Made by a program: the position numbers and the translations under genes. From Geosiphon pyriformis uo1 (Eukaryota; Fungi; Glomeromycota), in the NCBI GenBank assembly GCA_016748015.1, contig JAAOMT010000436.1:1235660-1299659 (forward strand): a DNA stretch of 64,000 bases, read 5' to 3'. Positions 1 through 12,967 of this stretch are shown here, in pieces (the first letter of the stretch is position 1; each line of letters opens with the position of its first letter). The notes under the pieces are model-generated. The model was not told the origin of the DNA. It saw only the letters and a program-made list of their open reading frames with translations, and ran no database searches.

Positions 1-1066
1 TGAGGAGAATATTCCTTTTTTGCTCTCATCTCGATCGCATGATTATTTGATTTAATAGTATTCAGACGAACCAGAGCAGGTTTAGCACGTGTCGCAGTTA
101 CCATAACCCCAGTACCAGTTGATGGAGTTGCTTTTGTAGCTTGTAAAACAGTACCAACTTCAGCAAATGTATCATCATCTTCAACTGAACTAATAAGTTG
201 TTCATCTGAGTAAGTTCTTGGTAATGGACTGGCTAGGGGTGTAGCCAAAGGTGTTGTTCCAATACTTAAATGAGACATTCGAGTTCTTGGATGAGCAGGT
301 TCAGGACGTGGAGTTGTTGGAGTTGCAGGTGGTATATAAGCAATTGGTATTACATTTTCGCTATCTACTGAATTCCATACTTTACTTTCTGAGGTATCAA
401 TTATATCTCCATTTCCTGAGAAATAGCCTTTTGTGTTTTTTCGTCTTTTATATCGCATATAACCAAAAGCAGCAGCAGATAAAATAGCAATACCAAGTAC
501 TCCTCCTATAACAGCTGGTATTAGCTTGGCATTTCCATTTGTATTATCTTCTTTTGATAAATTCTGTGATATTGATGGGGCTGCTCTCGCATCTGTACAT
601 TTCGGTAATGAACACTTTTGACATGTTTGCAATTCGAGAGAGCAAATTTTTCCAGACGGGCACTCGGGACAAGGTGGTGCTGCCCCACATTGGATGCAAT
701 TCATTGAATTGGTCGTGTTTGAATATGCTCGTTCAACATTTTTTACAGTTTCTAAGAATAGTTTTAAAATTTTAATGATAGTCAGGTTGGTAAAATAAAT
801 TCTTGAATCGTTTTTTTACAATTTAAAAAAAAAGAAATGAACGTCTATTTTAATCAAAATTTAAAATAGTTACTAGTTTTCAAGTTCAAAAGTACTTGAA
901 ACTATTTATTTTTTTTTTTAAAAACTAGTGCGAGCCTCACAACTTATTGCAATTCCGAAAAAAGATTACCTGCCGGTTCCGATTGCACGGGAAAGATATT
1001 TATGCTGACCACTAAACATATGAGCCCTATGACTGCAAAACATCGTAATTTCGAAGTTGAGTACAT
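1..1066 (-). CDS. OPY2: Opy2-family single-pass membrane anchor (HOG/filamentous MAPK pathway); runs off the left edge of the window
   Basis: Manual translation. Exon1 1066-970 is signal-peptide-like (MYSTSKLRCFAVIGLICLVVSINIFPVQS), followed by a GT-AG intron 969-752. Exon2 from 751 has the 8-Cys Opy2 domain CIQCGAAPPCPECPSGKICSLELQTCQKCSLPKC, a TM helix (LIPAVIGGVLGIAILSAAAFGY) then KRRK, and the cytoplasmic NVIPIAYIP motif plus ATRAKPALV. Confidence 0.85.
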
Positions 1067-3419
1067 AATTCGTTCTTTTATCTATCTAAAATACAAATAT
1101 ATATATATATATATATAAAGATACTTTTTTGAAGAGAAGAGTGCAAAAGTAGGGAGAAAGAGGATAGTTGGGTATAATATATTGGAAGTGAAGTGCCAGG
1201 AAAGTCTAAAGGTTGTTAAAAAAATAGTTACTTTGCGCTCTGCAATCGCAACTCTTTACTTAAACCAAAAACGCCAAGTGACAGAAGAAAGTAAAGAAAA
1301 AAAAGGAGGAAACGAGTGTGATGGGTAAACTTTTTCACATGAGGGTTAGTTCACAAGGAGATAGGAAGTGAATAAAAATTAAGGTGAAGAGGGAAGAGTA
1401 GCAAAAGATTTTTAGTATGAAATGAAAAAATGGTAAGTAGAGTATGAAAGGAAAGGATCGTTATTACTAAACAACTTAGAAACGATGGGTTTAATTTGAT
1501 AGTAATAATAATAATAGGTTTGCGCAACCGAGAGAGGAGCAGGAGAAAAAGATTATTGTCTGGTATAGCAAAATGGTGGTAGCCATGTGGTGCATAATTG
1601 AAGTAGGAAATATAATATTTCAAATGATGACATCCACGATTATAACATTGTACCTGAACAATATGTCTCAATAACACACACATTACACAGTTTGTAATCT
1701 TAAATTATTTTTAGTAACTGAATTATAGCCTTTTTTCAATAACAACCTAATGCAATACAAATATGTCATGCAGAATATTGGGTAACATATTTCTTGAAGA
1801 AATTCCATTGTACTAGACTAATTTTCAATCAATATCGGATTTTTTATTCGGGAGAATTTTAGAAGCCCGAATTTTACTATTTTAAGAATTTTTTTGGAAA
1901 TATGTATATAATACAAATCTAATTCTGATTTTTCCTTATGTGTAAGAAAAAAATCAGTTGATTTTTCAATTTTTTACTGATAGGGAAAATTTTTGTCGTA
2001 AACACTAGATAGTACTAGGCGTTGCTAAGTAAGGCAAGAAATGCCTGGAAGAGAATTCCAAATACCTCGAAATTCCTCCGATGCTTTTTATGTTACTATT
2101 ACCAGCTACAAGTCTTAAATTTATAAGCCTCATTTTGGATGACAACATGGACTTTTAACTCCCTCGGCCTTAGGTGATCAGACGTGGGCGGAAACGGTAA
2201 TGCGCCCAGCAAACCATTTTCCAGACATCCTTTCGGCCCCTGCATTTCTTATGGTTTGAAATAGAAACAGCCAATTTGACTTTTTCGAAATGAGTTCATC
2301 TATATAATTGCGAAGACGAACAAATTCGTTTGATGTCACCAGAGAGGCGCTTAGTTTCGAAATGTAAAGGTCATAACACGCGTTTTATCCTATTATAAAA
2401 AATATAGTTTTAGAAAAAAAAATTTTTTTTTTTAACTAAAATCTTTACCTTGGGTCGAAAAATACATTATTACTTTTAATATTGTTAAATAATTTTTTTT
2501 AAATTGTTATTGTCTAATTTCAATTTATTAAGTTTTCTGTTTTAAATTTTCAACAAGTTTTCTATTTTTAATTTTCTGTTTTTAGAGATAAAAGTAATTT
2601 TTAAACCCATTTTTTATTTTTTAATATTTTATATAAACGTATATTTTAAAATTATTATTATTATATACGTTCTTAATCAATTGTGTAATTTAACAAATTA
2701 TTATTATTATTATTATTATTATTATTGTTATTATATATTGTAATATAAAATATTCTGGTATTCTTAATTATTTTTACACTTTTTTTTGGTTATTTCTGGC
2801 ATTTCTGAAATTTTTGATATTTCTTTTAATATTTTTAGAATTTTTGGTATTATGTTATCTTTTTACTTTAATATTTGATTAACTAATTTACTATATGCTA
2901 ATACTAATAATAATTTTTTTTATTTTTTCTATAAATAATAATGTAAACACCAAAAAAACCAAGTAAAGTTAATGTTTGTTTTTTACAAAAAAAAAACAAA
3001 CTTTAAAAAAAAGTAATGTTTTAAAAAATACCAAAAAAAACAACTTTTTTTGGTATTTTAAAGAAATTAATTGTTTTAAATAAAAGTGAAAAAAAGGAAT
3101 TGTTTTTTGTTTTTTTAACTTTCTTGGCCATTTAAAAAAATATAAAAGAAATAGTAAAGAAATAAAATAGTTTTATTATTGGTTTACTATTAAAGATTTT
3201 AAATTATTTTGTAATAATAATAATTACATTTAATTAATTGTTTAAAAAAAATTTTAAGTGAAAAAACTTTTATTTAAAACCAAAAATAATGTTTTAATAG
3301 CAACTAAAAACTATTTTAATTTTACATTACTTAAAAAGAATATTGTTTGATTGTTTTTATTTTAAAAAAAAAATTTCTAATATTAAAACTGGTGAAAAAA
3401 TATTAAAAATAAAAATTAC

Positions 3420-4115
3420 TGTTATAATTAAATTAACAAACTAATAAATAACAGGAAAAAACAGTATTGTATAATAATAAAATAATTAAAAGAGTAATTT
3501 AACTTTAATAAATGAATTGAGTTAGTAAGATTTTAATGTATAAGATTAGTCTTATAAATATTTCAGTCACTATTTTTTTTAAAAAGTAACAAAAAAATCT
3601 GAAAGTAAAGAGATAGTTCATATTGTTAACAAAATATAACACATTAATATAATTTTATGTTTTATATTAATACTTTTAAAATTCAATATTAGATATTAAT
3701 TATACTTTTTAGTAAACATTTATTTAATATACTTTACAAAAATTAACAATTATACAAATCAAGAAAAAAAAAAAATAGTAAAAAGAAAATAAAAAAATTA
3801 ATATTATTATATTAATTTAAATATAATTTAAATATAAGTTATCTTTTTATAACTCTTAATATGTTTTGCTTATATACAATAAAAAAAATTATTAATCACA
3901 TTAATAATTTAATCAATAATCAAATTAATAATTAAGTTAATAATTAAGTTAATAATTAAGTCAATAATTAAGTTAATAATTAAATTAATAATTATATTAA
4001 TAACTTATTCTAAAAATAGACTGGCTAATTATATAATATTAGTAACTAATATATATAATTAATTATAATTAAATAAATAGATAAAATTTAAAAAGTAAAA
4101 GTTTTATCTATAATA
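3420..4115 (-). repeat. LTR copy 1 (3' LTR if the element is on the - strand)
   Basis: Aligns along its length with 11613-12183. Differences are mostly C/T and G/A. Contains about 9 copies of a 12-bp unit (~3895-4000). Confidence 0.85.
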
Positions 4116-5179
4116 TTATTCTCTCTAAAAAAATTGAGCTCTAATAAAATAAAATTATAGAAAAATTTTGAAGTTTTTATTTTAAAGCTAATTAATTTGC
4201 TAAAATTTTTAACTAAAAAAGTATAAAAAAGTTAAAGTAATAATTCATTTAGTTTTTTTTTAATAGTGTTAAAAAATTAAGTATTTTAGTAGTTATATAT
4301 TTATATATGTATTTTTCTAATTTATTGCCAATTTTTTGTTTTTTTGTAACAGATTTTCAGAAATCAATAACAGAATATATTTCATTTTTATTTTGATTGT
4401 TATTTGTTCTCTGATTGTAAACAAAGCTTCTAAATAGTTTTTTATCTAATAGTTATAAATAATAAAAAAACATTTTAAATATTTTGATCAAAGAAATATT
4501 TTTTTATGCTAATTAAAGATATATCTATTTTGAAATTAGAATAATTTTTTTTATAACTGTTTTAGTGTTTTACTGCTGATTATTTTAAATATTACAATAA
4601 TTGATAACTAATTAACTTTTTTATAATACTTTTTAATTTGTATACCATAAACAGATTAATTATTGAATATTGCTCTATTTTGGTCTTATAATATATAAAA
4701 TTCATTATTTAAAATTTTGTTAATTATAAATAATTCTTTTCATTAATTTGAAAATTTGTTACCAAAAATATTGTCTTGGTTTAATTTGTATTCAAAATTA
4801 AATTACTTATATTTAAAAAAAGCATTTTATAGATTTTTTTTTCTGGAGTCATTTTTAAAAAATTTTTATTTTTTTATAAATGATTATTTATGTTTTTATT
4901 AAAATGTCTAAAATTGTTTTAAGTTTTCATTGTAAAATGTTTTTATAGCTAAATTTATTTATTTTTTCAAAGAGTATTGTTTTAATATTTGTTTTAATAA
5001 GTAATATTACCATATATTCATAGAATAAGTACAAGAGTTTATAACTAATTATGTTGTGATTTACTGTTTTATAAGCAAAGAAAACTAAAAGTAAAATTTT
5101 GTTTTATAGATTGGTTTTTTTACTAATTTTTGCTAAAGTTTTACAAAATATTCAGTTAAAACATTTTACTAATCTATTA

Positions 5180-5690
5180 ATTTATTTTTATTTTTTATTT
5201 ATTTAATAAGTAAAGTCTAAACACTATCTAATAAAATACATTATTATATGATCTAAACTAGGCATAAATCATGCTTTTACTACATGTGATCAGCCACTCA
5301 GACCAGTCAAAACAACACTAAGCACTTATAAGAACAGAAACTATATTACTAACACCTGAGAAAAACAACAGGACTTACAAAACCCAAAACTGATGCCAAA
5401 TACATCCATGATACCCAACAATCTAACTACACCAACCAAAAGCCACTCAGATAAACCAGAAACAGAGACGAGAATGGAGCCATCATGAGGAATTAGCCCA
5501 CACTTTTTCATAAAGGCTTAGTGTTTTGCACAGACCAGTCAGATATCTTTCTAAAAAGTGAGACAAAGCTTATGCACAAAGTCCACAATCCTTTCACATC
5601 CAACCTTAGAATCACCAAAAACCAAAACAAACTCACAACACCAACCACTAAATACAAAGCCCTTATACAGAGCCATTAATTTATAAATAA
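5180..5690 (-). mobile_element. 5'-truncated LINE 3' fragment (ORF2 C-terminus, 3'UTR, A-rich tail) nested in the LTR integrase
   Basis: Reverse complement aligns with ~33030-33510 of the full LINE (e.g. AGTGGCTG, CTAGTTTAGATCA, TAGTGTTT.GAC). It splits the integrase remnant. Confidence 0.8.
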
Positions 5691-5911
5691 TAAAAAAAGA
5701 AGAATTTATAATATATTTCAAGTTTTTTTAATAGTTTTTTTACTAATAAGCTAAAAAAAGCTCTTTTTTTATTTGAAAACAATTTTTGAGGATATTTATA
5801 TTTATGTATAATTTTTTTATAGATATAATTTGTAATTAAAATAGCTGTTTAATTTGATATTGTTTTGGTTTTTATCTATTTTATTAAATAATCAGTTGCT
5901 GTTATAATATA

Positions 5912-6500
5912 TTTCTTTGACAGAAGTGACCAAATGAAGAGGGGATTCCAAAGGAATAGGGGGAAATAAGTCCATGTCGACATCATCAATGGCAGAGTCA
6001 AAGTCACAGGGCCCCAAAGATGGAACCTTTACTGTACCGAAGTTGAAGCATTTAGCCTTTAGAATGTTGGTACAAGAGTCTAGCAGCCTATTACTCTTGC
6101 TGCCAGCACCATAGCCTAAGTTCTTGCCCAACTTGTGTTCCAACTTTTCTTTGAAAGAGGTATCCATGTTTTTGTACTGGCTGGGCTTGCTCATAGATAA
6201 TTTGAAAGATAAATCAGCTTTGTCGCTTGAGTGTTTGACTTTACTAAGTAAAACCTTTGATTTTTGCCTCAGACTACCACTCACAGAACTTGTAATGGCA
6301 CCTCTGGCCAATTTCTTTGTGGACATAATGTTGACAGCATTAGACGCCAAAGGAACAACAAAAAAATTGGTGAGTTGAGAAATTGTGAAAACCAAGCAAA
6401 AGTAAAAGATGAAAACAGATAAAAAAACAAAAACTTTTTCAAAAATACACTATTTTAGGAATTTGGGATGTAGGGGAGAAAAAAGTTTTTTTGGTTTTTT
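5912..6500 (-). mobile_element. LINE 5' fragment (5'UTR plus ORF1 N-terminus) of a related subfamily
   Basis: ORF 5892-6395 KKLARGAITSSVSGSLRQKSKVLLSKVKHSSDKADLS aligns with LINE ORF1 at 26823 (KKKAPIRVLYGPVGGSFFQKKKVSVGNIKHSGDEKDIS). The upstream sequence resembles the LINE 5'UTR at 26706-26780. Confidence 0.75.
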
Positions 6501-9500
6501 TTCAATATTTAATATTATAATCAAATTTATTTAAATAGATAATCCAATAAGAAAGCTTTTTATGATCCAGTTTTTTTTTTATTTTTTAGCCAAATTAAAG
6601 TTTAATAATTGGTATATATATTGAATTTTTTTTATAAAATATTTATTTTAAGAATTAGTGGATTATACTACTGCTAAGTATTTTTTTTTGGTTGTTGTGT
6701 AATTTTTTTTGTTTGTTTTAGGGTTTTATTACTATAAGTTATGACTTGTTTTTTTTTTCTTGTTTTTTTTTTCTTTTTTTGTAATAAAACAGTACCAAAA
6801 AAATATTAAAAGCATTAGTATAAAGAATAAATAACTTGTTAAAGTCAAGTTGTTTTAAAATTAGTTTAGTGGTCAGTTTTTCTTTTAGAATTTCAAATGT
6901 TTTTTGTTAAAAAATATTTTAATGATAATTAATGTTTTTTTTAGAAGCTAATTAAGTGAATATGTAATTTTAGAGAAATTTTTAATAAATTTGTGATAAT
7001 ATAAAACTAATTTCAGAAAAGATTATAGCTTTAAAATATTTATTAATTGTTTAAGTTTTTGTACTTTTTTAACTTTGGTTGGATCTAGAAAGATTTTATT
7101 TTTTGTTATAAGATATTTTAAAAACTAAGTAAATTGTTTTTCAAAAAATAATTTAATAAAATTGATTTTAAATTAAACATTTTTTTAAAAATTAAAAACT
7201 TTTTAAAAATATTTTAGATACTTATTTTATGTTTTTGAATATACAATTATATTATCTAAGTACACTAAAACAAACTTTTGATATTTTGGTCTAAATACTT
7301 TATTTATTAATCTTTAAAATATGAATAAGATATTTGTTAATCTAAAAAACAGTACTGTAAATTTGTAAGTTCTATATTTTGTAATTAATATGGTTTTTTT
7401 TTCTACTAACAGAATCTATTTCTATTTGCCAAAATCTAATAGTTAAATCAATTATTGTAAAATAGGTTAAGCTTTTAAATTGATTAAAAGTATTATTAAT
7501 CTTAGAAAAAAATTACATATTTTATTTGATAATTGTATTTAATAATTAGTAATCTACACAAAATTGTAAAAATCTATTTTTTTTGAATACTATTATAACA
7601 AAAAATACTTATTTACTCTTAATTTTTTGTATAAATTTAAGTTTTTTTATTTGGTTTATTTTTTTTTAATAAACTTGTTATTTTATTAATTTAATTAATT
7701 TGATTTTAAATAGAATGACCAGATATTTTTGGTTTTAATTACATATTAAATAAGATTTGTTTGGCTAAAATGTTTTTTTTCTTTTGATATTATTGCTTTA
7801 TTTTTTGTCAACAAGTTTTTAATATCAATTTTTTGGTTATTTTTACTGGGTTTTTTTTGTTCAATTACCAAAAATTAGGTTATAGATATTTTTTTTTCAA
7901 ATAATTTTTGTACAATTTTAATTTTTTTATCAAAAATCAAACTAATCAGTTTTTAATTCTTAAAAAAAGATAAATAAAATTTGTATTTATTGCTTAAAGA
8001 GTAAAAAAAGTATTAAATACATTGTTATTAGAGGTTTTTGGGTTTTTTTTTCAATGCTGTTATTGTCTGTTTGCTGTAAATTCACATTTATTGAAAGCTA
8101 GTAAATTTTTGATAACTGAATTTATTTTTAAATTATTTTTTATAATTTGAATTGCTGAGCTTATAAATGAAATGGCCAATTTTATACCAATTACTATATA
8201 TAATTACTTTGTAGTAAAAGTTAACTCTTTTTTAAGAATTGTTTATCTAAAAGCTCACTAAAATGTGTAGTTACTTTGCTGTAAAAGTCAAATCTTTTAC
8301 AGGAATCTCGTCTGTAAGCTATTTTAATAATTATAATAAAAAAAAAAGAAAAAATTATAAAAATATAAATAAAATAAGATTTTGTTAAAAGAATTATTTT
8401 TTATCTAGGCCAGAAGTCACTAACAAATTACTGAAATTGGTAACTAGTTAATTTCAAAATGTTAATTGGGTTTTTTTTTTGGAATATCAAGTATAAAATA
8501 TTTAAAAATTGGTTTTCTAACTATTTTTATTTTTTTGAATTGTAATAATAAGAATAAATTTAAATAAGATATATTTTTTTGAAAAAAGAAACTCTTTTTT
8601 TATACAATTTGTTGTAGTATTAGTTCATAAATTTGCACTTTTTTTTTGCTATAATTTTGACAAATTAAAGATAAATTTTGATAAACTACAAATTATTTTG
8701 ACAAATTATTAATTATTTTAATGAATTATCTATTATTTTACAAATTTCTACAAATTTCAGCAAATTCTTAAATATTACAAAGTTTGGAGTATTGCATAAT
8801 ATGATCATCACAATTGTGTATCATACAAATTGAATTATTAATTAGATAAAAATATTTGATAATTTGATTAACTAATAAGTAATAATTAAAACAATAATAA
8901 TATATGCTAATTAATAATAGAAATTATAAAAGTAATTTAATGTTAACTAATGGCTAAAATTCTACTAGTAGCAATATAAACTATACTATTAATAGTTTTA
9001 TTTTGTTTTTTTTCTAGATTGTTGTTTGAATATTCTTTTGAGCATATTATAATATAATTAATAAATAATTTTTTCATTAACAATTAATTTTTTACTATTG
9101 GCTTATATATTGTCTATAGAATTATTATTATTACTAAAAGTAATAAAAGCTAATTTGGTTTTTTTATCTTTTTTTTTATTTTTTATTTATTTTTCAAAGT
9201 TTTTTGAATTATCAGAATTATTATTTTTATTGTTTATTTGTTGTTGTTGAATTACAGTAGAAAAAACAGTCTAATAATAATATTTAATTATAATTGATTA
9301 AGACTTATTTTAAATTCTAAGTTCATAAAACTTATAGTTAAAAAGAGCTTTTGTTTTTTTATTTGTTTTCAATAATTATAGTATAATTTTTTGCTTTTAA
9401 TATTTCTATATCAGTTTTAATACAAACTTTATTAATTTAAATAGAAATAGCTTTAATAATTTCTAGTTTTTTTTTTGTTTTTATAAATATTAGTTATAAA

Positions 9501-11612
9501 TCAGATTAATAGTTTATCAATTTTTTTTTAATTATATTTAAAAAGTACTAAGCTATAATATTAATAAATAAACCACTATTTAATATTAAATTTATGTAAT
9601 AATTGGCAATTTAAATTTTATAAATAACAGAAATAATAATATTATTAAGAACTAATATTATTTATCAAAAGCATTTGTTGGTTTTGGTTTGTTTTTTTTT
9701 AAGATTCTTTTGAAACTAAAAATATGTTATAAATTAACCAAAAATAATATAGACAGATGTTTCCATCAGATTTTTTACAACTAAATAAAAGTATAATTTT
9801 TAAATAATCTTTAGTGATTTTAATTTTGGTAAAGTTTTGAAAATTTTTACTTTTAAAACTTTATTTTTGTTATTAAATATTAAAACAATATTATTAAAAC
9901 CTAAGTTAAATTCTATTTTTTGTTTTTTAAATCTAATATAATTTAATAATTTGTTACTATTTTTTTGTATTTTGTATTATTATCTATTAAGTTAAAGTTA
10001 AATAAAATTTTTTTTTTGGTCTGTACTTTTATTTTTGAAAAATGTATTTACTAGTTTAAAAACTGATATTTTGTTGTTTTAATTAAAGAATTCTTTTTAA
10101 AAAAATTTATGTAAATCTAATTTATATTTGAATTAAAAATTCTAATTATTGTTGATTTTATTATTTAATTGATTATTATTTTTTAAAACTGAAAAAGACA
10201 TTGAAAAATTATTATAATTTTAGGCCAAATAATCAGTATTTTTATATTGATAACAAACAAAAAATCTTTGTTTTTTGAATCTTAAAATATATTGAGGTTA
10301 TTGTAATTAATTATAATAAGATTAATATTAGAATCTTTAAAATCTTTAATTTTTTTGAACTGTTTTAGTTAATGGTTTTAAAAGTCAAACAAAATTTGTT
10401 GTTAATTTATTTATTAATTATTCACTTAAATTTTAAATATAAGCAGTAAATAATATAGAGACTAATTAAAAAAAAGCAAAAGTAAAAGCAGTTATTGAAA
10501 AAAAATCATGTTTTCTAAGTGTATTTATTGATTGTTTTTGATTTTTTGTGTTATTTCTATTGTTTAATTCAAAGTAAAATTATCTTTAATGACAAAAAGA
10601 AGTCATATAGCATAAAATAAGTTTGTTTTTAATTTTTTTGTAAATAAATATATTTTTTGTTTTTCTGTCTAATTTTTTTTATATTAACTTGTTTATTAAT
10701 TTTTTTAAAATTTTGCACTCTTTTTTTCAATTTTATTTTTTATTTGGATATTAATATGACAATACAAAATTTTTCTTTAAATTTAATAGTAAAAAAAATT
10801 GTATTTTGTTTAACATTCTTAAATAACTATTAAATTATTTATTAAGCAGCTTCACTATTGGTTTCTTGAATAAACTATATAACAAAAAATTCTTAAAAAT
10901 ATTTTTTTACTATTTAAAACTTATATTTATTATTATATTGGTTTGTCATAATAGCTTTTTTAAAGTTTTTAAGCTATTTTATTAAGTCTTAAGAGTTTTT
11001 TTTGAACAAAAGTAAAAAATTTATGTTTTTTAACTTAATATAGTTTAAATATTTTAAAAGACTAATAAAATATCTGTTTTATTTTATGCTATAACTGAAA
11101 TAGATATTTGAAATAAAAAATATAAATTACTTAAAAAAGATTTAAAAACAAATACTGTTTAATAATTTTTTTCATTTTTAGTTTTTAAAAAAGTTTTAAT
11201 TTATTAATAAGTATTTATCCAAATATAAATTTGTTAATTTAAGATTTTAAATTTAAGAAAAAGTTGGTTAAAGATAACTGAAAATAATAATTAATTGATA
11301 TAATTGTTTTAGATTTTAAGGTTTTTTTTAATATATACTTGATTAAAAAAATAAATAGTATATGTTAAGAAGGTTTTGGCTAAATGTTTAAATAAAAACC
11401 AATTTTAGAAATCTTGAAATTTTTGACTAGACTGTTTTTTAACCAAAAAGCAAATAAGACAAAATGAAAAAGAATTAAGTTCAATATAGATTAGATTATT
11501 TTGATTGTGCTATAAAATAATTTTGTGTTTTTATTATTAAAAAAAAATAATTATTCATATAATAGTAAATAATTTTAAGGATTTGACAACTTTACAGAAA
11601 GCATCACATTTA

Positions 11613-12183
11613 TGTTATGTTTAAATTAATAAATTAATAAATAGCAAGAAAAAACAGTATTGTATAGTAATAAAATAATCAAAAAGATAATTTAACTTTA
11701 ATAAGCAAATTGAATTAGTAAGAATTCAATATGTAAAATCAGTCTTATAAATATTTCAGTTGCTATTCTTTTTAAAAGATAACAAGAAAATCTAAAAGTA
11801 GAGAGATAGTTTGTACTATTAATAAAAGATAATACACTAATATAATTCTATATCTTATGTTGGCACTCTTAGAATTCAATATTAGATATTAGTCATATTT
11901 TTTAGTAAATGTTTATTCAATATACTTCATAAAAACTAACAATTATACAAATCAAGAAAAGAAAAGAAAAAAGAAATAGTAAAAAGAAGTTTTTACAACT
12001 CTTAATATGTCTTGCTTATATACAATAAAAAATGATCAAGTAAATGATCGAGTCAATGATCACATCAACGACTTATTCTAAAAATAGGCTGGCTAATTAT
12101 ATGATATCAGTGGCTAATACATGTGGCTAATTATGGTTAAGTAAATAGATAAGATTTAAAAAGTAAAAGTTTTATCCGTAACA
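11613..12183 (-). repeat. LTR copy 2 (5' LTR)
   Basis: TGTTA start, GTAACA end, followed by the TSD TTAC. Has about 3 copies of the 12-bp unit (AATGATCAAGTA/AATGATCGAGTC). Confidence 0.85.
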
Positions 12184-12315
12184 TTACAATTATTTTACTC
12201 TTTGTTTTAACTATAATCATAAAAATAAGAAAGAAAATTTTTTTACCAATTGTTTTATATTTAATATAAAGAAATATTAAATTAAAATATAAAATAGTAA
12301 ATAACTAATAATAAC

Positions 12316-12358
<43 letters not shown>

Positions 12359-12967
12359 TAATAATAATAAATAATTTATCTAAATAAAAATTTATTTCAA
12401 TTGACAAAATACAAATTTTATTATTAAACAATAAACAACAAACCAAATTCTAAAAAAGATATTATTTTTATTTTTTTATTTGTTATCAAATAAATTTAAT
12501 AAATATAATTATTTATAATATATTTGATTTATAATATATTATTATACATTTAATATATCAAAATGGTTTGTGCGCGATCCATGTATAAATGTACGGAAAT
12601 TAGTTCATACGAGAATAGTCTGTGGTTGGGCTACACCGCAAGCATATAAAAAAAAGCATATACACCGAAAATAAAATAATAAACAATTTTATAACAATAA
12701 CAAAAAAAGGTATAAAATATTAACAATTATATATATTAATTACAACTAGTTTATAACATTTTTGTGATTTCTAACTGGTTGCAGGATTTATGAAATCATG
12801 TCAAATAAAAACTTGAAATTAATACTATTAAACAATTAGGTGGAGCAACTGAAAAAACGTCTCCTCTGAATACCACATCCTCTTGTTAAAGGGCATGTGT
12901 ATTTCTCCTCATAATATTTTTTGAAAATTCCTTGAGAATACATACATACATACATACATACATATAT

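Larger units (their letters stand above)
3420..12183 (-). mobile_element. Full-length but hypermutated LTR retrotransposon (probably Ty3/Gypsy)
   Basis: Direct repeats 3420-~4115 and 11613-12183 with TGTTA...TAACA termini. A 4-bp TSD TTAC lies at 3416-3419 and 12184-12187. A purine-rich tract on the - strand adjoins the left LTR (~4116-4126). Decayed integrase on -: YIITATDYLIK*IKTK...YPQKLFSN (5910-5700) and NRLVKCFN*IFCKTLAK...FAYKT (~5170-5060), matching ATDYLTKW...PQKLxSDxG and NGLVERFNRTL...FAYRT. Confidence 0.85.

Noticed and set aside
251-775. + strand ORFs 251-487 and 539-775
   Set aside because: Antisense shadows of OPY2 exon 2.
2120-2165. RNase MRP/P-like motifs on the - strand (AAAAGTCC...AATGAGGCTTA)
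   Set aside because: The two motifs are adjacent rather than about 200 nt apart, and no supporting structure is visible.
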